Positions 25,000 to 35,425 of a stretch of DNA of 40,743 nucleotides are shown piece after piece (the stretch's first letter is position 1; every line of letters begins with the position of its first letter). A program made the position numbers and the translations under genes. Under the pieces are notes generated by a model. That model was given only the letters and a program-made list of their open reading frames with translations. It had not been told where the DNA came from and searched no databases. Source of the DNA: a virus (taxonomy: Duplodnaviria; Caudoviricetes); IMG/VR virus record IMGVR_UViG_3300018914_000074; one strand, written 5' to 3'.

Positions 25000-27423
25000 T
25001 TGACGGTCGTTAAAAACTTGATGATCCGCGGCGGCGCTGATTTTAGCCCGATGAAAAAATCGATGGACAAGGCGAGCAAGGACATCGGCGACTTTAAAAC
25101 GAGCGTTGCGAAGGGCATGCAAGCGGTAGCAGCAGCTTTGTCCTCCGCGGCCGCACTTGGTCTGGCTGTACTCGTCAAAGATGCCGTTAAGAGCGCCATG
25201 GACGTAGAGGCCGCCATCCAGCAAATTAATCGGATGATGGGGAGCAGCGCGCAGGCGTTCTTGGACTGGGCTCAGGATGGGGCAAAAGCGTTCGGTTTCG
25301 CTCGGGCGGATGCCATCCGTTTCGGTGCAATTTACGCCAATCTCCTGAGCGGGTTCGCCACGGACACAGCGACGACAATGAAATACACGCAGGATCTGCT
25401 CAAAGCTTCTGCTGTCGTTGCGGCGGCGACGGGCCGGCAAATGCAGGACGTTATGGAACGGATCCGTTCCGGTTTGCTTGGCGAGACGGACGCGATCGAG
25501 GATCTTGGCATCAACATCAACGTTGCCATGATCGAGACAACCAAAGCATTCCGGGATCTGGCCAACGGGAGGTCGTGGGAGAATCTCGGATTCAACACGC
25601 AGCAGACCATCCGCTATTTTGCCATTTTGGAGCAAGCCTCCCGGAAATACGGCCTGCAGCTGGCGGAAAACACGAATTCGAGGCAGCTTATGTTCGTGGC
25701 CCAGCTCAAGGACCTGCAGCTCGCACTCGGAAATGCGTTCCTGCCGGTGTATAACGCCGTTCTCCCCGCTTTAACATCGATGACGCAAGCGCTGGCCAAC
25801 GCGATGGACGTGGTGGCTCAGTTCATGCAGACCTTGTTTGGAAAAGCGGCCGTCCAATCCATCGAGGCCACGAAGGAGCAGTCCAGCGCGGTCAATGAGC
25901 TCGGAGAAGCCTACAAGGAAGCCGGCAAGAAGGCGAAAGGCGCTGTTGCTGGGTTCGACGAAATCAACCAGTTGGCAGACGCTGAGGGGGCCGCTGCAGG
26001 GGTCGGCACGGGCACGACTGCATTGGGCAAGGAGATTGCAAAATCGGAGCTGAACCAGGTCGCACAAACGCCTGAATGGATGGAGCAGCTCGCCCAGCAA
26101 GTCAGAGAATTCCTAGAGCCGTTGAGAGATCCGATCAAAAGAGTTACCGAAGCGTTTAAGTCGCTTTGGGAGGCGCTGAAGGGTTTAGCCGATACAGCTC
26201 CGGTCAAGGCATTCTTCAACATGCTTGCCGAAAACAAGCGCCTTGAGATCACGATCGGACTCGAGCTCCTCGCTGGAATATTAGAGGCGGTCGCCAGCGG
26301 ATTGAAAATCGTGACCGGGCTTTTCAATCTCGATTTTAAAACTGCGCTAGAAGGTGCCGAGGGTTACGTCTCGGCAATCTTCGATACGATCAAGGGCGTC
26401 GTCGAGCCGTTCTTCCCGGATGTAGCAGCCAAAATGGAGCAGTTCAAAAAAGGTTTCGGGGCAGCCTGGTCCAACCTGAAAGGCTTGATCGAGGAGAAGG
26501 CCGGCCCGGTAATCGAGGCCGCGAAAAAGAAAATTACGGAGATCAAGGACGAGGTTCTAAAACGATGGGATGCACTGAAGACGGAGTCCGGTGTGAAGTG
26601 GGATGAGTTCAAAGTGTATCTCAGCGAGAAGTGGACCGAGGTGCAGGAATATACGGATTGGGATTCGATTAGGGCTTCGATTATACAGGCTTGGACCAAT
26701 CTCCAGACGGAAACCGGGAGAAAGTGGGACGCCTTCAAGGAGTATCTCAGCCAGAAATGGGCAGCCGTAAAAAATTTCACAGATTGGGGTGCGGTCAAGG
26801 ACGCGGTCCTCAAAAAGTGGGACGAGCTCCGGAGCAGTACCGGCGAGAAGTTTGACGATCTGAAGTCGTTTATCAAAGAAAAATGGGATGCCATTTCGAA
26901 AATCGACCTCAGCTCAGTTGGGGCAGCCGTCCTTGCCGCATGGGGCGCAATTAAGAGCAATACCGCGACCATCTGGTCGGAAATCAGCGGTGCTGTGGTA
27001 AAAAGCATCAACGCCATCGTGGATAGCATTAACAGTATTATCCGAACAGCGAACAAGGCAAGCATCAAGCTGCCCAACGGCACAATTGGGGTGAACATTC
27101 CCGAAATCCCGCGTATCCCGAACATCCCGAAGCTTGCCCGCGGTGGCATCGTGGACGGCGCAACGAATATGGGCAACTACATTGCTGGCGAAGCCGGCGC
27201 TGAAATGATTGTGCCGCTCGAGAACACATCGTTCGTGGACAAACTTGCGTCGGCGTTGGGTACGGCCGTTATGAACGCAATGCAGGTCAGCATGGGCGGC
27301 AACAACGGCGGTAGAGACGGCCCGGTGATCGTTATGGACACGGTGGAAGTGGCGCGGGTACTTTACCCGCATATTGATCGGGAAAGCAGACGCCGCGGCG
27401 GCGCATTAATCCAAACCACGTAA
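25000..27423 (+). CDS. Tape measure protein
   Basis: 807 aa, Ala-rich helical, Trp-periodic repeats, IPKLARGGIV and AGEAGAEMIVPL C-terminal motifs. Confidence 0.93.
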   Translation: MTVVKNLMIRGGADFSPMKKSMDKASKDIGDFKTSVAKGMQAVAAALSSAAALGLAVLVKDAVKSAMDVEAAIQQINRMMGSSAQAFLDWAQDGAKAFGFARADAIRFGAIYANLLSGFATDTATTMKYTQDLLKASAVVAAATGRQMQDVMERIRSGLLGETDAIEDLGININVAMIETTKAFRDLANGRSWENLGFNTQQTIRYFAILEQASRKYGLQLAENTNSRQLMFVAQLKDLQLALGNAFLPVYNAVLPALTSMTQALANAMDVVAQFMQTLFGKAAVQSIEATKEQSSAVNELGEAYKEAGKKAKGAVAGFDEINQLADAEGAAAGVGTGTTALGKEIAKSELNQVAQTPEWMEQLAQQVREFLEPLRDPIKRVTEAFKSLWEALKGLADTAPVKAFFNMLAENKRLEITIGLELLAGILEAVASGLKIVTGLFNLDFKTALEGAEGYVSAIFDTIKGVVEPFFPDVAAKMEQFKKGFGAAWSNLKGLIEEKAGPVIEAAKKKITEIKDEVLKRWDALKTESGVKWDEFKVYLSEKWTEVQEYTDWDSIRASIIQAWTNLQTETGRKWDAFKEYLSQKWAAVKNFTDWGAVKDAVLKKWDELRSSTGEKFDDLKSFIKEKWDAISKIDLSSVGAAVLAAWGAIKSNTATIWSEISGAVVKSINAIVDSINSIIRTANKASIKLPNGTIGVNIPEIPRIPNIPKLARGGIVDGATNMGNYIAGEAGAEMIVPLENTSFVDKLASALGTAVMNAMQVSMGGNNGGRDGPVIVMDTVEVARVLYPHIDRESRRRGGALIQTT

Positions 27424-27439
27424 GGAGGTCGGTAACAAC

Positions 27440-27793
27440 GTGGCGCTCATTACCATCAACGGGGTCGAGTTGCCGACCCCTTCTGAATTCAAAGTAGGCA
27501 TTCAGGATCTCAGCAAAGCGGAGCGGAATACTCGCGGTATGCTTATTATTGAACGGATCCGGGGCGGCGTTCGGAAGATCGAGCTCGGCTGGAACTTCCT
27601 GACCGCGGAGCAGATGAGCCTTATACTGAACGCCGTCTCGCCGGTGCTTTTCTCGGTTACGTACCCCGACCCGATGACGAACGCGAACCGCACAGGGACG
27701 TTTTACGCCGGTGACCGACCTGTTTCGATGATGGATTTCCGCAACGGCGTCCCACGGTACAAGGACGTACGCTTCAGCCTGGTCGAGAGGTGA
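27440..27793 (+). CDS. Distal tail (Dit-like, DUF6711-like) protein
   Basis: INGVELPTPS, VTYPDP, FYAGDR; follows tape measure. Confidence 0.8.
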   Translation: MALITINGVELPTPSEFKVGIQDLSKAERNTRGMLIIERIRGGVRKIELGWNFLTAEQMSLILNAVSPVLFSVTYPDPMTNANRTGTFYAGDRPVSMMDFRNGVPRYKDVRFSLVER

Positions 27794-27797
27794 TTTC

Positions 27798-29363
27798 ATG
27801 TACCCGACGACGAGTAAATTCAAAACGGAAATCTACGGCAACCCTCGGACGGTCGTCGGCAAAGTCACGTTCGACATCTCCGACGTGACGGCGATCGGGG
27901 ACATTACGAGCATCGTGACGACGGCGCAGGCGTCGATCAGCAATAAGGACCAGCTCGCGAACAAGGTGCGAGACGCGTCCGCCAATCTCGCGACCTGGGA
28001 GCGGAACCGATTCCGCCTCGACGGGTCGTTTTCTTTTCCGGACGACACGATCGCGAACAATGGGGAGATGGGCTTCGTCAGCAGCGACATCTGTGACGCG
28101 GGCGGCGTCTTTTCTTCGTACCCGACGATCACGTTCAGCTTCGGCGGTACGCACTCCAGCGCCGGCATCACGATCACGTTCGACCGGTTCAACAACGAGT
28201 ACGCCGTGGACTTCGACATCACGGCGTACAATGGCGCCACAGTAATCCAGACGGTGTCCGTGGTCGGGAATACCGAGGTCATGCCGGATCCGCTTGGCCA
28301 GCTCGCCAATTACAACAAAATCGTGATCACCATCAAGAAATGGTCCGTCGGCTACCGGCGCGCGCGGGTTCTCGAGGTCGACTTCGGCATTGTGCGGACA
28401 TACACCGACGACAGCCTTATCGGCATGAAGCTGATCGAGGAGCTCGATTTGACGTCGGCGCGGCTGCCGTCCCCGGAGTTCGACTTCACGGTCGACAACA
28501 GCGATCGGGCGTTCAACATCCTGAACCCGACTGGCTTTTACAAATACCTGCAGCAGCGGCAGCAGGTCATCGCGGAGCTGGGCCTCGACGTCGGCGCCGG
28601 CGTCATCGAGTGGGTCCCGCTCGGTAACTATTTGCTGTGGGATTGGACCAGCGACGAGGGCTCGCTGACGGCCACATTCACGGCCCGGACGAACCTCGAC
28701 CTGATGGCCGGCTTCGATTACGAGCAGCTGACGCCGAGCTCGAAGACGCTGTACGCGCTGGCCGAGCAGCTCTTCGCCGCGTGCGGCATCGAAAACTACT
28801 CGATCGACCCCGCGCTGCAGTCGATCGCGACGAACAGCATGGCCGAGAAGACGAACTGCCGGGACGCCTTGCAGATGGTCGCCATCGCCGGCTGCGCGAA
28901 CATCTTCGTGACGCGGGGCAACGTGATCACGCTGAAATGCCTGACGCTCGGCGCCGCGGCGGACACGATTTCGCTCGACGACAGCTACGACGAGCCGAAG
29001 ATCGTCCTCGAGCCGACCGTGAGAGCGGCAGCGGTGACGTACTGGACGGATCTGGACACGTCGGCGGTCGTCACGGTGAACTCGTCTACGGCGACGGTCG
29101 GCGACGTGCTGAAGCTCGAGCGGAACACGTTCATCAATTCTTCGGTGCGCGCCACGGCCGTCGGCCAATGGCTGCTTGAGCGACGGGAGTACCGGGCGGA
29201 GTACCGGTCCAACTGGCGCGGCAACCCCGCGCATGAGCTGGGCGACGTGATCGAGATCGAGAACTCGTACGGCGCGAACATGGCGGCGTTCATCACGAAG
29301 AACGACATCCGCTACGCTGGCTATTTGTCGGCGCGGACGGACTCGAAGGGAGCGGTCAACTGA
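27798..29363 (+). CDS. Baseplate hub / Tal-like tail protein
   Basis: Position; WRGNPAHELGD.I.IE C-terminal motif. Confidence 0.78.
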   Translation: MYPTTSKFKTEIYGNPRTVVGKVTFDISDVTAIGDITSIVTTAQASISNKDQLANKVRDASANLATWERNRFRLDGSFSFPDDTIANNGEMGFVSSDICDAGGVFSSYPTITFSFGGTHSSAGITITFDRFNNEYAVDFDITAYNGATVIQTVSVVGNTEVMPDPLGQLANYNKIVITIKKWSVGYRRARVLEVDFGIVRTYTDDSLIGMKLIEELDLTSARLPSPEFDFTVDNSDRAFNILNPTGFYKYLQQRQQVIAELGLDVGAGVIEWVPLGNYLLWDWTSDEGSLTATFTARTNLDLMAGFDYEQLTPSSKTLYALAEQLFAACGIENYSIDPALQSIATNSMAEKTNCRDALQMVAIAGCANIFVTRGNVITLKCLTLGAAADTISLDDSYDEPKIVLEPTVRAAAVTYWTDLDTSAVVTVNSSTATVGDVLKLERNTFINSSVRATAVGQWLLERREYRAEYRSNWRGNPAHELGDVIEIENSYGANMAAFITKNDIRYAGYLSARTDSKGAVN

Positions 29364-31039
29364 TGGAGACATTGCTCAGCCGGGTGTCCGCGAACCGGTA
29401 CGCGCTGTCGTTCGACGGGGTGGATGATTATGTGACTGTGCCGGATTCCCCGGTACTGAGAAATTTTACAAACCAAATCACGATAGAAATGTGGGTAAAG
29501 CCCAATCTAATTTCCGGGAACCAGTCTTTCTTACGGAAAGACAATGCGTTCATCTTGCAAATGGATGCAAGTGGAAGGTTTCGTCCCCATGTTTTCAAGA
29601 ACGGCGGTTACGTTGTTGCGGAATCGCCTGTAGGGACGATATCGCAGGGGACTTTGCAACATATCGCGCTGGTATACGACGGGTCAAATTTAAGAGGGTT
29701 TTTAAACGGGGCAGTAGTTTGCAATGCAGTTACTTCCGGAGATTTGTCCGTCCCGGTCGGCTCTATTTTCATCGGATCTCGCAATGGAACTGGCGAATTT
29801 TTTAAAGGTGTAGTTGACGACGTCCGTATTTGGAACGTCGCTCGCACCGCGTCGGAGATCGCCGACAACATGAACCGGATGCTCGCCGGTAACGAGGCGG
29901 GACTCGTCGGGTACTGGAAGTTCGACGAAGGTGGGTTGAATCCGCTCACGCTCGATTTCGGCGGCAAGGTCGCCGGGAGTACGACCGAAAATCCAAACAT
30001 CTTTCGTGGTGGTCGAGGGGCTTCGCTGTATTCTCCGTCTCAAGGTTCTTTCGGAGACTTCGGTGAGGTTGGGCAAACGCATTACGGGTGGGCTCAGAAC
30101 ATCGACGGCCAAACGTCGATCGCATACAGCACAAATACAAACACGTACATGAACCAGCACATGTTTTCGTGGAACGTCATCGAAGAAATACTCCGCAAAC
30201 GCGGCAACGTGTTCGGCAGCAATGTGCTAGCGGACAGGGTCGCGTGGGCGAAAAATAATATTCAACGTTTTACGGCAGATTGGTACGGGCGAGGAACTGG
30301 ACCTAGTGGGAACCGCGCGAATTTCTCAAATTGGGACGCTGTTACATCTTCGTGGGTGTTACAGACCACTCACACGGGCGGTTCTATTTCGAGGTTGTTT
30401 GCTACTCAAACAACTAATGCCTACCGTATTGTCGATTCTAACGGGTTCATGCACTTCCTCGCCTACGCTGACGCCGCATCCTCGACCGTCGCGTCGACCG
30501 TCTACACCGACTACGTACGCCTGACGGTCGATTTCAAGAACACCGCGATCGACTCCTCGCCGAACGGCAACAACGGCACGATTTATGGTGCAACGTACGT
30601 GACGGACATGCCGGTGCTCTACTATGCGATCGATGTGGAAACGGGCTGGACGGCAAATGACGAGATCAACTTCGAAGACTTCAACCGGCTCGAGACAAAT
30701 ATCAAAACGCTGCGCTCGTACCTTGCGGACATCCAATACGCCATTCCCGCGATCACGACCGTCACGAACCGGACGATGACGTACATCGACTTTCTGTCGT
30801 CGATCAACCGGATCGAGCAGAATCTCGAGACGATCCGGACCAATTTCGCAACGCCTCCGGGCTACCCGGGAGCGGAGACGTGGGCAGCCCGCGACGGCTT
30901 CGACTACACCGATGCAAACCGGCTCGAGACAGATGTGATGTTGCTCTTCGAGACCGCAGGCAAGGTGTACGACAGCTTCGTATATTGCGGCACCTTTGCA
31001 GCTGGATACGAGAGAGGAGGGATACCGTATGCCTTATAA
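29363..31039 (+). CDS. Tail/baseplate adhesin with LamG (ConA-like) domain and inserted domain
   Basis: ALSFDGVDDYV, TIEMWVKP, HIALVYDG, FKGVVDDVRIWNVAR, GLVGYWKFDEG; C-terminal D.NR.E repeats. Confidence 0.8.
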   Translation: METLLSRVSANRYALSFDGVDDYVTVPDSPVLRNFTNQITIEMWVKPNLISGNQSFLRKDNAFILQMDASGRFRPHVFKNGGYVVAESPVGTISQGTLQHIALVYDGSNLRGFLNGAVVCNAVTSGDLSVPVGSIFIGSRNGTGEFFKGVVDDVRIWNVARTASEIADNMNRMLAGNEAGLVGYWKFDEGGLNPLTLDFGGKVAGSTTENPNIFRGGRGASLYSPSQGSFGDFGEVGQTHYGWAQNIDGQTSIAYSTNTNTYMNQHMFSWNVIEEILRKRGNVFGSNVLADRVAWAKNNIQRFTADWYGRGTGPSGNRANFSNWDAVTSSWVLQTTHTGGSISRLFATQTTNAYRIVDSNGFMHFLAYADAASSTVASTVYTDYVRLTVDFKNTAIDSSPNGNNGTIYGATYVTDMPVLYYAIDVETGWTANDEINFEDFNRLETNIKTLRSYLADIQYAIPAITTVTNRTMTYIDFLSSINRIEQNLETIRTNFATPPGYPGAETWAARDGFDYTDANRLETDVMLLFETAGKVYDSFVYCGTFAAGYERGGIPYAL

Positions 31040-31961
31040 TCCAACATCTTGGGTGGATCGGATCGTTCAAGAGCCTCTGCGGTTTAAGGACCAGAACGGA
31101 AATACATGGATTCTGACCCCGGATCCGGGCACCGTGACGCAAGCCGGTACGCCGTTTGCTGCGGCGCTGATGAATAAGATCGAGCAGGGGCTCCAAGCCG
31201 CCGCGTCCACCGCCGACGCCGCGCTGCCGAAAAACGGGAGTCAACCAATGACGGGGAGTTTGCTCTTTCCGGACGGCGGGGAATACAGAGTTGGGATACA
31301 AGGACAAAACCAAAGCGTTGTATTTACGGACGCGGGAGACGTAATTCTCAGAAAACCAGCTGGCCGGGAAGCGTATGTGCAGACCGATTTAGGCGGAGTA
31401 GAAAAGATATGGACCGCAGGCAACGACGGCTCCGGTTCGGGGTTGGACGCCGATTTAGTTCGAGGCATCTCGGGAGATCGGTTCCTGTACGGCGCAAACG
31501 GACGTGGCGGGCAACAAGTAACGGATGCGAACGGTATAACTCGTTCCGGTTTCTTTAACATGGGTTCGCCCTACACGGGGACGCCGACAGGTGGTGGCGG
31601 TTACGTTTATCACAATCAGTACGAAGGTGACGACAATTGGGCGTCGCAAATATTTGTCGACACCAATTCTGTCGTGTATTCAAGAATCAAGAACAACGGC
31701 ACATGGGGAGCATGGAAGGCGGTGGGGGGAATGAAGGTCGTACAGCGTGGCGAGACGACGCTCGCGGCAGTTGGCGGAGACGTCACGGTTACGATACCGA
31801 CTGCCGTCAACATGTCGAAGGCATTCGTAAACATCACATGGCAAGCTAATGAGGAAGCAACAGTCAAAGCGACTCTAACCTCCTCGAATGGATTGCGGTT
31901 AGTTAAAGCGAACACCAACGCAAGCTATACGGTTTCATGGGAAGTTATGGAATCCAATTAA
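31029..31961 (+). CDS. Tail fibre / receptor-binding protein
   Basis: GTPF.A..MNKIEQG, GNDGSGSGLDAD, knob-like YSRIKNNGTWGAW, VQRG. Confidence 0.8.
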   Translation: MPYNPTSWVDRIVQEPLRFKDQNGNTWILTPDPGTVTQAGTPFAAALMNKIEQGLQAAASTADAALPKNGSQPMTGSLLFPDGGEYRVGIQGQNQSVVFTDAGDVILRKPAGREAYVQTDLGGVEKIWTAGNDGSGSGLDADLVRGISGDRFLYGANGRGGQQVTDANGITRSGFFNMGSPYTGTPTGGGGYVYHNQYEGDDNWASQIFVDTNSVVYSRIKNNGTWGAWKAVGGMKVVQRGETTLAAVGGDVTVTIPTAVNMSKAFVNITWQANEEATVKATLTSSNGLRLVKANTNASYTVSWEVMESN

Positions 31962-31976
31962 TAGGAGGGGTATGCA

Positions 31977-32405
31977 ATGCTGAAATACGTACAAGTCAGT
32001 GAAAGCGGCGTCGTGCACACCATTTTCGATTCACCGAATAAACTCATCGAGGTTCCAGCGGAGACGGATTCGCGCGTCCTCGGCACGCATTACGTCGACG
32101 GCGCATTCATCGGTTACAAGATCGCTTTAACGACGGACAAGCCGGAAATCGTCGCCGACGGCGTCGATACGGCGACGATCACGGCGACCGTCACGACGTG
32201 GGACGACCAACCGGCAACGGACTTCGCCGACCCGATCATTTTTGAATTCAACGGCGAAACGCAAGAGGTTGCTCCGGTTGGCGGCGTCGCCGAAATCACG
32301 TTGCAGTCGGAGGAAGCGGAAAGTTTGCAAGTCGTCACCACAAACGGCGGTTACGTCATTCAAAACGGTTCGGTGGAGGTGCTCGCAGATGTCCAACAAA
32401 GATAA
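31977..32405 (+). CDS. Hypothetical tail-associated protein with Ig-like C-terminus
   Basis: I.ADGVDTATITATV pattern. Confidence 0.7.
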   Translation: MLKYVQVSESGVVHTIFDSPNKLIEVPAETDSRVLGTHYVDGAFIGYKIALTTDKPEIVADGVDTATITATVTTWDDQPATDFADPIIFEFNGETQEVAPVGGVAEITLQSEEAESLQVVTTNGGYVIQNGSVEVLADVQQR

Positions 32406-32598
32406 AGCAACGCCGGCACCAGCAGCAGAAAAGAAAGGTTTCCGCTTCGGGGCGGACCCGAAGCGGAAGGCAGTGGGGCAGCGGCGCGAAGAAATCGCTC
32501 AGACCGGCGCCGAGCCGACGCTCGCGGACATTTATGCCGCGCAGCTGGTGATCATCGACCAGAACAATAAGATCCTCTCCAAGCTCAATCGCATGTAG
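32389..32598 (+). CDS. Small hypothetical protein
   Basis: GGAGGTG SD; PTLADIY...coiled C-terminus. Confidence 0.65.
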   Translation: MSNKDKATPAPAAEKKGFRFGADPKRKAVGQRREEIAQTGAEPTLADIYAAQLVIIDQNNKILSKLNRM

Positions 32599-32648
32599 GA
32601 TCACCCGATCAGCTCGGACCGGGCTAAATATATTTGGAGGTGTAGAGC

Positions 32649-33560
32649 ATGCCAGACGAAATACTGGAAGATTACGCCATGAAAGTAACACGCGACCCGG
32701 TGAGCGGCAAGCCTGTGCAGCACACCATTACCACGCTTACGGGGAGTTATGCGCAAGAATACTTTCAAGGGTCTTCCACCAAAACTCACACCTTTAACAA
32801 CAGCATGAGAGGGTTTGTCATTCGTAACAAACACACTAGCAGTCTGTACGTTGTTGTAGGTGCGCAACAGTTCCCCGTTGCCGCAGGTGACGTGTTTACC
32901 GAAATGGTATTCCCCTTTAAACAGATTACCATTGTCGCGTCAGGTCCATATGAGGGGTATTGTTTGGGTGACGAAAAGCCTTTACCCGCACTCATTGCTT
33001 CCGACACATTCGAGAGAGCGGACAATAGTTCTAGTTTAGGCGTTGCCGAGACGGGACAAAGTTACATTATCGGAGTCACGGCGGCGACTTGGGGTGTTAG
33101 TGGCGGGAAAGCTATTCAAAACGTAACTGCCGGGTTGTCGACCGTTGCTGTGATTGACGCATACGCTTTTGACGTAGAAGTGGAATGCGACGTATTAATG
33201 CCGAGCGGGGCGGGTCCGTCGAACTACGGCGGGTTATGTCTTCGGTACATGGACAACAATAGCCACATATTTGTAAGGGGCGATTCCAGAACGTCTATAC
33301 GAGTATACAGCAAAAATTCCGGTGGTTCTTACGATACGGTAAGCGTGTTGCCCTTCACCTTTTCCGACGGTCAGGTCGTAAAAATCAAGGCTAAGACCAT
33401 CGGAAAAGACATTGAAATTTTTGCGAACGGCGTTTCTATTGGTGTTGCTACATTGAGCGAAACGCAATACGACCGAACGAAGCATGGGACGAAGCACGGC
33501 ATGTTCGCAAAATCGCCGCTTATTACGTTCGACAACTTGACAATTAAATTAGCCGAATAG
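32649..33560 (+). CDS. Beta-rich protein with ConA/lectin-like C-terminal domain
   Basis: DTFERAD..SLG.AETGQ, GLCLRY.D, FDNL; visibly lower GC. Confidence 0.6.
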   Translation: MPDEILEDYAMKVTRDPVSGKPVQHTITTLTGSYAQEYFQGSSTKTHTFNNSMRGFVIRNKHTSSLYVVVGAQQFPVAAGDVFTEMVFPFKQITIVASGPYEGYCLGDEKPLPALIASDTFERADNSSSLGVAETGQSYIIGVTAATWGVSGGKAIQNVTAGLSTVAVIDAYAFDVEVECDVLMPSGAGPSNYGGLCLRYMDNNSHIFVRGDSRTSIRVYSKNSGGSYDTVSVLPFTFSDGQVVKIKAKTIGKDIEIFANGVSIGVATLSETQYDRTKHGTKHGMFAKSPLITFDNLTIKLAE

Positions 33561-33568
33561 GGGGCGGA

Positions 33569-34234
33569 GTGTATATGATGACAAGAGGTTGGATTTCGTC
33601 GTCTTATATTACCGAGCCGCTGAAAGGCAAAAGAATAGCCACCATCGGTTCATCCAGTATAGACATCGGGCATACACCTTCCGAAAAAAACTATATCGAA
33701 TTGATAGCGGAGCGGACAGGTATAACTATTCTCGACTACGCTGTATCGGGGTCGACCTTGACAGCATCGACGGAAGACTACGCCGCAGAATCGAGCAACC
33801 AACTCAAAAAAATTGACGACCTCCCCACGTCCAACGTGGACGCGATTCTGTTGCAGCCTGCCGTAAATGATGACAATAATAACCGACCATTAGGAACTTG
33901 GGAAAGCACATCCGTAACAGAGGTTTACGGTGCGCTTCATCTTATGTGTAAGAAACTGTATGATAAGTTCCCGACGCTGCCGAAGGGCGTTATAACCGGG
34001 CAATACTACGGAACGAAAACGGCACAAACGAGCGCATACCAACAGGCTATCAAAGAAGTTTGCAATTATTACAGCATACCTGTGTGTGACCTGCATCACG
34101 AGGGAAACACACCGTATTCTTATCCTGCTTGGCAGACGGTTTACGCTTCTGACGGGTTGCACTTAAATGTTTCAGGGAATGAGGTTTTGTCCCGCAGAGT
34201 CGAGGCATTTATTAGGCAGATGTTCGGGCACTAA
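33569..34234 (+). CDS. SGNH/GDSL-family esterase
   Basis: IGSS (block I), AVSGS, AVND, DGLH. Confidence 0.88.
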   Translation: MYMMTRGWISSSYITEPLKGKRIATIGSSSIDIGHTPSEKNYIELIAERTGITILDYAVSGSTLTASTEDYAAESSNQLKKIDDLPTSNVDAILLQPAVNDDNNNRPLGTWESTSVTEVYGALHLMCKKLYDKFPTLPKGVITGQYYGTKTAQTSAYQQAIKEVCNYYSIPVCDLHHEGNTPYSYPAWQTVYASDGLHLNVSGNEVLSRRVEAFIRQMFGH

Positions 34235-34264
34235 CGAAGTTCGATAGCTCCATAACGAGTCCTT

Positions 34265-34296
34265 GCCTCGGAACCGATCCGGGGCTATTTTATTTT
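34265..34296 (+). terminator. Hairpin plus T-tract before lysis cassette
   Basis: GCCTCGGA-ACCGA-TCCGGGGC-TATTTTATTTT. Confidence 0.55.
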
Positions 34297-34309
34297 CGGG
34301 GGTGCGGAC

Positions 34310-34612
34310 TTGGATACTGCAACACTCACGGCAATCATCTCATTAGCTGCAGCGGGAAGTGGGATTCTCTTGGGTTGGCTTGGCCGCTCCCGAGCCATTC
34401 GCCAAGACACGGTTGCTGAAGCCAGCAAGGATGCCCGGCTGCACACGGATATGGAATACATCAAGCGCGGCATCGACGACGTCCGGATCGAGCAGCGGGC
34501 GCAGGGGCAGAGATTTGAAGCACTGGCGGAGCGGGTAACCCGGGTTGAGGAGTCCACAAAGCAAGCTCATCACCGGCTGAACCGATTAGACGGGCAAGGA
34601 GGAGGACAGTAA
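34310..34612 (+). CDS. XhlA-like lysis accessory protein (N-terminal TM plus coiled coil)
   Basis: EYIKRGIDD, ERVTRVEESTKQAHHRL. Confidence 0.75.
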   Translation: MDTATLTAIISLAAAGSGILLGWLGRSRAIRQDTVAEASKDARLHTDMEYIKRGIDDVRIEQRAQGQRFEALAERVTRVEESTKQAHHRLNRLDGQGGGQ

Positions 34613-34613
34613 A

Positions 34614-35423
34614 ATGCAAACCAGAACGGACAAGCATATCAAGGGGATCGACGTCAGCCGGCACCAGGGCGCGATCGACTGGATGAAGATGCGCGCCGCG
34701 GGCGTCCAGTTCGTCTACATCAAAGCGACCGAGGGTGTGACGTACACGGATCCGAAACTGAAAGAGCACTACGCCGGCGCGCGCCGCGCGGGGCTGAAGA
34801 TCGGCTTCTACCACTACGCGCGCATCTATAACGATCCGCGCAAAGAAGTCGAAAATCTGCTCGCCGCCACGAAGGAACTACAGCATGACCTGCCGTTCGC
34901 GCTCGACATCGAGCGGAACGAGGACGATTTCGAGAAGCATCGCGACAAGTACAATCGGACGTTCATCACGGACTTCTGCCGGCGCTGGCTGCAGCACCTC
35001 GAAAAACTCACCGGTGAGAATCCGATCGTTTACACGTATACCGCGTTCACGAAGACATACCTGGACAAGACGCTGTCGGCGTGGCCGGTCTGGATCGCAC
35101 ATTACGACGTGAAGACGCCAGGCGAGAACGGTGTGTGGGACCGGTGGGCGATTCACCAGTACACGAGCAGCAACGACGGCCTGCCGTACAACGGGCGTCT
35201 CGACGTGAACGTTATGGAGCCGGATTTCCTGAACTGGAACGCAAAGCCGTTACCGGCTATCCAGCGGCGTATTGGCGCCGCCGTGAACGGCCAGCGCGTC
35301 GGAGACGGATACCTGATTAACAACGTGTCTTATCTGCCGGCGCGCGTGATTGCGGAGATGTTCGGAGCCCACGTCGAGTGGGATGATCCGACGGTCGATA
35401 TTACGAAAAAGGAGACGAAGTAG
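34614..35423 (+). CDS. GH25 muramidase endolysin with C-terminal Cu-amine-oxidase-N-like (stalk) domain
   Basis: GIDVSRHQG.IDW, YIKATEG, GFYHY, LDIE, WIAHY, QYTS, DVN; YLPARVIAE.FGA.VEWD. Confidence 0.93.
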   Translation: MQTRTDKHIKGIDVSRHQGAIDWMKMRAAGVQFVYIKATEGVTYTDPKLKEHYAGARRAGLKIGFYHYARIYNDPRKEVENLLAATKELQHDLPFALDIERNEDDFEKHRDKYNRTFITDFCRRWLQHLEKLTGENPIVYTYTAFTKTYLDKTLSAWPVWIAHYDVKTPGENGVWDRWAIHQYTSSNDGLPYNGRLDVNVMEPDFLNWNAKPLPAIQRRIGAAVNGQRVGDGYLINNVSYLPARVIAEMFGAHVEWDDPTVDITKKETK

Positions 35424-35425
35424 CC

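Noticed and set aside
26560-26980. Trp-periodic repeats in the tape measure gene as a novel repeat or CRISPR
   Set aside because: Protein-level ~11-residue periodicity is normal for tape measure proteins; no DNA repeat-spacer array
27774-29372. Long antisense ORFs (532 aa here; also 20634-21686, 24727-25635, 39598-40389)
   Set aside because: Shadow frames of GC3-rich sense genes, without SD or recognisable motifs
29363-31961. Diversity-generating retroelement or shufflon acting on tail genes
   Set aside because: No reverse transcriptase, template/variable repeat pair or inverted fibre cassettes seen
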